Source of the DNA: Malacoraja senta | Lineage: Eukaryota | Reading direction: 5' to 3' | Assembly: GCA_038087875.1 (NCBI GenBank) | Contig: JAXLNO010000252.1 | Coordinates: forward strand, 372,001-436,000 | DNA length: 64,000 bases | Shown: positions 1 to 64,000 of the stretch, in pieces | Position numbering within the stretch: position 1 is the first letter of the stretch | Layout of the letters: each line of letters opens with the position of its first letter | Notes under the pieces: generated by a model | What the model was told of the DNA's origin: nothing | Database searches by the model: none | Seen by the model: only the letters and a program-made list of their open reading frames with translations | Made by a program: the position numbers and the translations under genes

Positions 1-11
1 GCTTCCTGGTA

Positions 12-670
12 TTGAGAAAGCCAATGGCTTTATAACAAGAGGAATCGAATATAGGAACAAACAGGTCCTTCTGCAGTTGTACAGAGCCCTAGTGAGACCA
101 CACCTGGAGTATTGTGTGCAGTTTTGGGTCCCCTAATTAGAGGAAGGACATTCTTGCTATTGAGGGAGTGCAGCGTAGGTTCACCAGGTTAATTCCCGGG
201 ATGGCAGGACTGTCATATGCTGAGGGAATGGAGCGGCTGGGCTTGTACACTCTGGAGTTTAGAAGGATGAGAGGGTATCTCATTGAAACATATAAGGTTG
301 TTAAGGGCTTGGACACGCTAGAGGCAGGAAACATGTTCCTGATGTTGGGGGAGTCCGGGACCAGGGGCCACACAGTTTAAGAAGAAGGAGTAAGCCATTT
401 AGAACGGAGACGAAGGAAACACTTTTTCTCACAGAGAGTGGTGAGTCTGTGGAATTCTCTGCCTCAGAGGGCGGTGGAGGCAGGTTCTCTGGATGCTTTC
501 AAGAGAGAGCTAGATAGGGCTGTTAAAGATAGCGGAGTCAGGGGATATGGGGAGAAGGCAGGAACGGGGTACTGATTGGGGATGATCAGCCATGATCACA
601 TTGAATGGTGGTGCTGGCTCGAAGGGCCAAATGGCCTCCTCCTGCACCTATTGTCTATTGTCTATTGCCT
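12..670 (+). mobile_element. 5'-truncated CR1 fragment; representative of dozens of copies on both strands across the window
   Basis: ORF2 end ([13 protein letters not shown]...[10 protein letters not shown]...VVSLWNSLPQ) with conserved 3' UTR and (CTATTGT)n tail. Other copies include 2060-2900, 7707-8320, 14065-15850, 17760-18655, 19668-20195, 37305-37812, 39783-40352, 41905-42533, 52362-54295, 56080-56710 and 63250-64000. Confidence 0.92.
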
Positions 671-934
671 ATTGCAGCGTGAAATGGTGGTCACTGTGGT
701 GATGGTGCGATTACAGACTGCTTTGTGTTTAGTTACACAACAGCCTTGTAAACACACACTTGGCTTGAGGGGAAATATGAGAGGCTTTTTAATCCAGCGC
801 TCTCGACGTCAATTTATCTCCTTGACACCAGCCTCAGGTTTCCCGAGCCCACCCTCTCCCTGGCACTAAACGTTAACCACTTCCATTATCTACACTGTAA
901 GTGGATCGATTGTAAACATGTCATAGAATCGCAG

Positions 935-1492
935 GGTGATCCAGTGTGGAAACAGGCCCTTCCTTCAGCCCAACTTGCCCACTTCCGGCCAACATGCCCC
1001 ATCTACACTAGTCACAGAGTGATACAGTGTGGAAACAGGCCCTTCGGCCCAACTTGCCCACACCGGCCAACATGCCCCATCTACACTAGTCACAGAGTGA
1101 TACAGTGTGGAAACAGGCCCTTCGGCCCAACTTGCCCCACACCGGCCCAACATGCCCCATCTACACTAGTCACAGAGTGATACAGTGTTGAAACAGGCCC
1201 TTCAGCCCAACTTGCCCACACCGGCCAACATGTCCCATCTACACTAGTCACAGAGTGATAGAGTGTGGAAACAGGCCCTTCCTTCAGCCCATCTTGCCCA
1301 CACCGGCCAACATGCCCCATCTACACTAGTCACAGAGTGATACAGTGTGGAAACAGGCCCTTCCTTCAGCCCAACTTGCCCACACTGGCCAACATGCCCC
1401 ATCTACACTAGTCACAGAGTGATACAGTGTGGAAACAGGCCCTTCCTTCAGCCCAACTTGCCCACACCGGCCAACATGCCCCATCTACACTA
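935..1492 (+). repeat. Minisatellite with units of about 71-76 bp derived from a CR1 3' tail
   Basis: Unit CACAGAGTGATACAGTGTGGAAACAGGCCCTTCGGCCCAACTTGCCCACACCGGCCAACATGCCCCATCTACACTAGT, about 7.5 copies, running into a minus-strand CR1 end. Confidence 0.93.
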
Positions 1493-3014
1493 GACCCACC
1501 TGCCTGCGCTTGGTCCATATCCCTCCAAACCTGTCCTATCCAATGTACCTGTCCAAACGTTGGGATAGTCCCAGCCTCAACTACCTCCTCTGGCAGTTTG
1601 TTCCATACACACACCACCCTCTGCGTGAAATAGTTACTCCTCAGATTCCTATTAAATCTTTTCCCCTTCACCTTGCACCTATGTCCTCTGGTCCTCGATT
1701 CCCCTACTCTGGGTAAAAGACTCTGTGCATCTACCCGATCTATTCCTCTCATGATTTTGTACACCTCTATAAGATCACCCCTCATCCTCCTGCGCTCCAT
1801 GGAATAGAGACCCAGCCTACTCAACCTCTCCCTGTACCTCACACCCTCTAGTCCTGGCAACCATCCTCGTAAATCTTCTCCGAACCCTTTGTCTTTCCCC
1901 AAACTGGAGAGCACGCAACAAAAAGTTGTTCTCTGTACCCCGGTACACATGAAATAAACTAAACTAAATTACTCATGATGTGTAAGAAAGGTCTCGACCC
2001 GAAACGTCACCCATTAAAAAGCCTCTCATATTTCCCCTCAAGCCATTTCTCTCCAGAGATGCTGCTATGAGAATGCAGGGTGACTTGGACAGGTTGGGGG
2101 AGTGGGCAGATGCATGGCAGATGCAGTTTAATGCGGATAAATGTGAGGTTATCCACTTTGGTGGCAAAAACAGGAAGGCAGATTATTATCTGAATGGTGT
2201 CAAGTTGGGAAAAGGGGAAGTACAACGGGATCTGGGGGGTCCTTGTTCATCAGTCTATGAAAGTAAGCATGCAGGTACAGCAGGCAGTGAAGAAAGCCAA
2301 TGGCATGTTGGCCTTCATAACAAGAGGAGTCGAGTATTGGAGCAAAGAGGTCCTTCTGCAGTTGTGCAGAGCCCTAGTGAGACCACAACTGGAGTATTGT
2401 GTGCAGTTTTGGTCCCCTAATTTGAGGAAGGACATTCTTGCTATTGAGGGAGTGCAGCGTAGGTTCACCAGGTTAATTCCCGGGATGGCGGGACTGTCAT
2501 ATGTTGATAGAATGGAGCGGCTGGGCTTGTACACTCTGGAGTTTAGAAGGATGAGAGGATATCTTATTGAAACATATAAGATTATTAAGGGTTTGGACAC
2601 GCTAGAGGCAGGAAACATGTTCCTGATGTTGGGGGAGTCCAGAACAGGGCCACAGTTTAAGAATAAGGAGTAAGCCATTTAGAACGGAGACGAGGAAACA
2701 CTTTTTCACCCAGAGAGTGGTGAGTCTGTGGAATTCTCTGCCTCAGAGGGCGGTGGAGGCCGGTTCTGTGGATGCTTTCAAGAGAGAGCTAGATAGGGCT
2801 CTTAAAGATAGCAGTCAGGGGATATGGGGAGAAGGCAGGAACGGGGTACTGATTGGGGATGATCAGCCATGATCGCAGTGAATGGCGGTGCTGGCTCGAA
2901 CAGATGTCGGGGGGGGGGCAGGAAAAAGAAAGGAAGAGGCAGAGACAGTCAGCTCGTATAAGAACTGGGAAGGGGGAGGGGAAGGAGGGAGAAAGCAAGG
3001 ATTATTTGAAATTA

Positions 3015-3995
3015 TAGACCCTTCTTCAGACTGATGTCAGGGGAGGGGGCAGGACAGATAGAATGTAGTCGGAGACAGTAAGACTGGTGGGAGAACTGGG
3101 AAGGGGGAGGGGATGGAGAGAGAGGGAAAGCAAGGGCTATGTGAAGTTAGAGAAGTCAATGTTCATACCGCTGGGGTGTAACTACCCAAGTGAAATATGA
3201 GGTGCTGCTCCTCCAATTTGTGCTGGGCCTCAATCTGGCCATGGAGGAGGCCCAGGACAGTAAGGTCAGATTGGGAATGGGAGGGAGAGTTGAAGTGCTG
3301 AGCCACCGGGAGATCAGGTTGGTTAATAGACAATAGGTGCAGGAGTAGGCCATTCGGCCCTTTGAGCCAGGACCGCCATTCAATGTGATCATGGCTGATC
3401 ATCCCCAATCAGTACCCCGTTCCTGCCTTCTCCCCATATCCCCTGACTCCACTATCTTTAAGAGCCCTATCTAACTCTCTCTTGGAAAAGCATCCAGAGA
3501 ACCGGCCTCCACCGCCCTCTGAGGCAGAGAATTCCACAGACTCACAACTCTCTGTGAGAAAAAGTGTTTCCTCATCTCCGTTGTAAATGGCTTACTCCCT
3601 ATTCTTAAACTGTGGCCCCTGGTTCTGGACTCCCCCAACATCGGGAACATGTTTCCTGCCTCTAGCGTGTCCAAGCCCTTAACAATCTTATATGTTTCAA
3701 TGAGATGCCCTCTCATCTTTCTAAACTCTAGAGTGTACAAGCCCAGCCGCTCCATTCTCTCAGCATATGACAGTCCCGCCATCCCGGGAATTAACCTTGT
3801 AAACCTACGCTGCACTCCCTCAATAGCAAGAATGTCCTTCCTCAAATTAGGGGCCCAAAAACTGCACACAATACTCCAGGTGTGGTCTCACCAGGGCCCT
3901 GTACAACTGCAGACGGACTGAGCGGAGATGTTGGGCGAAGCGATCGCCGAGCCTGCGCTTGGTCTCGCCGATGTAGAGCAGCTGACACCTGGAAT
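3015..3995 (-). mobile_element. Penelope-like element 3' part (GIY-YIG endonuclease end and tail) split by a CR1 insertion at about 3327-3910
   Basis: LLYIGETKRRLGDRFAQHLRSVR (about 3912-3985) continues as PDLPVAQHFNSPSHS...EEQHLIFHLGS (about 3180-3320), then a tail ending CAGTCTGAAGAAGGGTC. Similar pieces at about 53525-53615, 62970-63250 and 20210-20500. Confidence 0.8.
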
Positions 3996-4030
3996 AAAAC
4001 GCAGCAGGCCATTTGTGAAAAAAAAATGTC

Positions 4031-4036
4031 TTTAAT
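4031..4036 (-). promoter_or_regulatory. Candidate EHMT2 polyadenylation signal (ATTAAA)
   Basis: ATTAAA on the minus strand at the end of a non-repeat, UTR-like stretch (4040-4280), followed by a T run. No transcript evidence. Confidence 0.25.
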
Positions 4037-5363
4037 GAACAAGAGAAATGGGATTTAAAGTCCCAGACGGGTTTATAGGTATCAGATGCACACACGTAAA
4101 AAAAACTAACTGTTTCTGGCTGGGGATAGGGAGGAGTGAGATAAGGTTTGGGATTTTCAGGATCGGAAGGTTGTCTGTTGGGATAACTCCCCCCCCATCC
4201 AGCAAGCCGAACGAACGAACGCTGATACCCACTCGAGTTCCCTCTCTGATCCACTCGATGGACACGTCGAACCTAGACATAGGAAAGGGATCTGGGAAAT
4301 GTCCCCCGTCCCGCTTTGGCCGAGATACCGGAGTAACTCAGCGGGACGGGCGGGGAGAACGGGCCATGTTTTTCCGGGGTCGGGACCCTTCCTCAGACTG
4401 GAAACGTTCAGACTGAAGAAGGGTCTGGACCCAGAAAACAAAAACCTCGCCCATTCCTCCTCTCCAGAGATGCCGCCCGTCCCGCTGAGTTACTCCAGCT
4501 CTTTGGGTCTTGTCTTCGGAGTAAGCCGGCACCTGCAGTTTCTTCCTGCACAGTAAGCTTGAGTAGTGTTGGGGGGGGGGGGGTTGGAGGCGTGGGGGGA
4601 GGGGGTGGAATGTGGAATTCTTTGCCACAAACAGCTGTGGAGGCCAAGTCATTGAATATTTTTGAGGCTAATTCTCTGGATGCTTTCAAGAGTTAGATAG
4701 GGCTCTTAAAGATAGCGGAGTCAGAGGGATATGGGGAGAAGGCAGGAACGGGGTACTGATTGGGGATGATCAGCCATGATCACAGTGCTGGCTCGAAGGG
4801 CCGAATGGCCTACTTCTGCACCTATTGTCTATTGACGTTCATTTCGGAAGGAGATGAGGAGGAATTTCTTTAGCCAGAGGGTGGTGAATCTGTGGGATTA
4901 ATAGACAATAGGTGCAGGAGTAGGCCATTCGGCCCTTCGAGCCAGCACCGCCATTCAATGTGATCATGGCTGATCATCCCCAATCAGTACCCCGTTCCTG
5001 CCTTCTCCCCATATCCCCTGACTCCGCTATTTTTAAGAGCCCTATCTAGCTCTGTCTTGAAAGCATCCAGAGAACCGGCCTCTGAAGGCTGTGGAGGCCA
5101 CAAGTCAGTAGATATTTTTAAGGCAGAGATAGATAGATTGTTGATTAGTGCAGGTGTCAGGGGTTATGGGGAGAAGGCTGGAGAATGGGGTTAGGAGGGA
5201 GAGATAGATCAGCCGTGATTGAATGGCGGGGTAGAGTTGATGGGCCGAATGGCGTAAATCTGCTCCTATCACTTACAAACCCCTAACCCTAACCCTCCGC
5301 ACGAGAGGACTCCTGTAACTAAAGGGTGAATTCAAGAAGTAGTCTCCATAACACAGCTATTCA

Positions 5364-5396
<33 letters not shown>

Positions 5397-6459
5397 GGAA
5401 CTGCAGATGCTGGTTTGAAACCAAAGGCAGGCAGGCAGGCAGGAAAATCCGGGGTAACTGCGTGGGACTGGTGGCATTCTCTGGAGAGGGGGGACGGGTG
5501 ACGTTTGCCAAGGGGGGGGGGCGCCTCGACCCGAAAGGTGGCCCATTCCACTGGTCCCGCCCGCCACCATTTTGTCCGCACCCCTCCAAACCCAAAGCAT
5601 CTGCGGAGAGAAGGAACGGGCGACGTTTCAGGTCTCGACGGTCTGAAAAAGGGCCTCGAAGGACTGGACAAGCTAGATGCAGGAAAATGGTCCCAATGTT
5701 GGGCGAGTCCAGAACCAGGGGCCACAGTCTTAGAAATAAAGGGGAGGTCATTTAAGACTGAGGTGAGAAAAAACGTTTTCACCCAGAGAGTTGTGAATTT
5801 GTGGAATTCCCTGCCACAGAGGGCAGTGGAGGCCAAATCACTGGATGGATTTAAGAGAGAGTTCGATACAGCTCTAGGGGCTAGTGGAGTCAAGGGATAT
5901 GGGGAGAAGGCAGGCACGGGTTATTGATTGGGGATGATCAGCCATGATCACAATGAATGTCGGTGCTGGCTCGAAGGGCCAAATGGCCTCCTCCTGCACC
6001 TATTGTCTATGTTTCTATGACCCGAGACGTGGCCCGTCCCCTCTCTCGGCAGATGCTGCCCATCGCGCTGAGTTGCTCCAGCTTTTCCTATCTGCCGTCC
6101 ACCAACGGTGGCAGGTTTAACATTTACGAAGGGGGGGGTTAAAAAACAATACGGACTGTGGTTCTTAAAATGGCGACTGGCACTGGTGCGGAGTGGGGAG
6201 GGGGGGTTATTCTGAAGGACTGTAACATGGACAGACCATCTTGTTGCTGTGGTCCCTGGGCAGAAACATGGGGGGGGGGGGGGGGGGGGAAACGATGCTG
6301 TCTGGAGAGGGAGAGGGATGGGGGGAAGGGGTGGTCTTTGGCTGGGCGTTCACGGCCATCGCTGCCCCTCACCCTTCCAGCGACCCGCTCCGAGACCACC
6401 CACCTCCGCCCCCCCCCCCTCGCGGGCTGGAGGATTATCAGGGGGTTTGTAGACAACTG

Positions 6460-7310
6460 GCCCCTCGGTACTGTACAGGGGAGAGTCGGGGTGGGGGGAA
6501 GAATGTAGTGGAGAAAGTGGGGGGGGGGGGGGCAGTGGCAGGGGGGATCAGGAACCGGGGAGGAGTCGGGGGTGCAGGAAGGGACGCAGTGTGGGGGGTG
6601 TGTGAGATGGGGAGGAGGGGGTCGGGGGGTGGGTGTGTGTGGGGGGGGAGGGAGGGGGATTCAGGGAGCGGGGGGTGGGTGTGTGGGGGGGGAGGAGGGG
6701 TTGGTTATGTAGGGGAGGAGGGGGTGTTGGTCATGTGGGGGGTGTTGGGGTTCAGGAAGGGGGTGTTGGTTGTGTGCGTGGGGGGGAGGGGTGGTTATGT
6801 AGGGGGGGTTTGGGGGATTCAGGGGGGGTTGTGTGGGGAGGGGGGGTTTGCTTATGTGGGAGGGGGTTGTTGGGGGTTCAGGGGGGCGTTTGGGGGTTCA
6901 CGGGGGCGTTTGGGGGTTACTGGGGGGCGTTTGGGGGTTAACGGGGGGCGTTTGGGGGTTCACGGGAGCGTTTGGCGGTTCACGGGGGGGGCGTTTGGGG
7001 GTTCACGGGGGGACGTTTAGGGATTCACGGGGGGGCGTTAGTGTTTCAGGGGGGGGGCTTCTGGGGATTTCACGGGAGGTGATGTTTCCAGGGGGGGGGG
7101 GCGTTGGTGTTTCGGGGGTGGGGGGCATTCGGGGGTTCACGAGGGGGCGTTGGTGTTTCAGGGGGGGGGCTTCTGGGGATTTCACGGGAGGTGATGTTTC
7201 CAGGGGGGGGGGCGTTGGTGTTTCGGGGGTGGGGGCATTCGGGGGTTCACGAGGGGGCGTTGGTGTTTCAGGGGGGGGCGGGGCATCTGGGGATTTCACG
7301 GGGGGGGGAT
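6460..7310 (+). repeat. G-rich low-complexity tract with about 20-bp and about 110-bp tandem units, in the inferred EHMT2 3' UTR
   Basis: GGGGGCGTTTGGGGGTTCAC units at 6870-7040; longer units at 7020-7305; directly downstream of the stop codon. Confidence 0.85.
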
Positions 7311-7315
7311 GATGG

Positions 7316-62645
<55,330 letters not shown>

Positions 62646-64000
62646 CTGAAGAGGGGGAACAGTAAAGCGACACGGTGTAAGCGGCCGAAGGTGCGCATCC
62701 CTCGGGACAGCCCCCACATCCCACGGCCACCCTCCGCGGGCTGCGGGTCGGGTGGAGCGGAGTTGTGGGACAATGTTCATCCCTTCACAGTGATGGCATC
62801 AGCTCCTTCTTTGTGCAGTGTTCAGTCCACAATCGACCGCCCCTATGCACTTGTTCAATGTTATCCCACTTTATCAACCACTCCCGACCACCGACTGCAT
62901 TGGAGAACCTCGGACTATGTTGACCTTGCACTAAACATTATTCCCTTAATTCTGTAAAAATCCTATCTTAACCTACCTGATCTCCCGGTGGCCCAGCACT
63001 TCAACTCCCCCTCCCATTCTAAATCTGACCTTTCTGTCCTGGCCCTCCTCCATTGTCAGAGTGAGGCCCAGCGCAAATTGGAGGAACAGCGCCTCATATT
63101 TTGCTTGGGTAGCGGTATGACTACCTCAGCGATATGAACATTGACTTTTCCAACTTCCAGATAGCCCTTGCTTTCCCTCTCTCTCTCTCTCTATCCCCTT
63201 CCCAGTTCTCCCACTAGTCTTACTGTCTCCGACTACATTCTATCTTTGTCCCACCTGCCTGCGCTTGGTCCATATCCCTCCAAACCTGTCCTATCCATGT
63301 ACCTGTCTAACTGTTTATTAAACGATGGGGTAGTCCCAGCCTCAACTACCTCCTCCGGCAGCTTGTTCCATACACCCACCACCCTCTGTGTGGAAAAGTT
63401 ACCCCTCAGATTCCTATTAAATCTTTTCCCATCATCTTGAACCTATGTCCTCTGGTCCTCGATTCCCCTACTCTGGGTAAAAGACTCTGTGCATCTACCC
63501 GATCTATTCCTCTCATGATGTTGTACACCTCTATAAGATCTCCCCTCATCCTCATGCGCTCCATGGAATAGAGACCCAGCCTGCTCAACCTCTCCCTATA
63601 GCTCACACCCTCTAGTCCTGGCAACATCCTCGTAAATCTTCTCTGAACCCTTTCAAGCATGACGATATCTTTCCCATAACACGGTGTCCAGAACTGAACA
63701 ATTCTAAATGCGGTCTCACCAGCGTCTTGTACAACTGTAGCAGGTCAGGCTCTGCCAGACGTTCCAATAGACAACAGGTGCAGGAGTAGGCCATTCAGCC
63801 CTTCGAGCCAGCACCGCCATTCACTGTGATCATGGCTGATCATCCACAATCAGTACCCCGTTCCTGCCTTCTCCCCATATCGCCTGACTCCGCTATCTTT
63901 AAGAGCCCTATCTAGCTCTCTCTTGAAAGTATCCGGAGAATTGGCCTCCACTGCCCACTGAGGCAGAGAATTCCACAGACTCACAACTCTCTGGGTGAAA

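Noticed and set aside
670..870. Possible exon of a downstream neighbouring gene
   Set aside because: No recognisable coding motif or supported splice pair.
5278..5297. CCCTAACCCTAACCCT telomere-like motif
   Set aside because: Only about 2.5 units, too short to call an interstitial telomeric array.

Overview
Repeat-dense vertebrate genomic DNA. The repeat content (abundant CR1 3' fragments, a V-SINE-like element, Penelope-like tails) points to a cartilaginous fish such as a skate or ray; this is an inference. One host gene crosses almost the whole window on the minus strand: EHMT2/G9a, the H3K9 methyltransferase. I read 19 coding exons between about 62,645 and the stop at 7,316; 17 have well-supported GT-AG boundaries and the two 5'-most are uncertain. 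The start of the gene lies beyond the right edge. The catalytic SET-core exons and one linker exon are not visible, and each absence coincides with a 200-N assembly gap. The introns hold CR1 (one near full-length copy with an esterase ORF1), L2, Rex1/Babar, L1 and Penelope-like fragments, Harbinger- and hAT-like MITEs, Helitron-like pieces and TE-derived minisatellites. Most notable: (1) a 10-copy tandem array made from the 3' end of a coding exon plus its splice donor, with one copy giving a stop-free in-frame alternative donor; (2) Penelope-associated minimal hammerhead-ribozyme motifs, several sense to the pre-mRNA, plus 66-bp satellites carrying only the cleavage-site half; (3) a head-to-head FLYWCH-MULE transposon pair whose expected catalytic Glu is Gln; (4) an ankyrin exon bracketed by inverted MITE copies; (5) several local inverted duplications.
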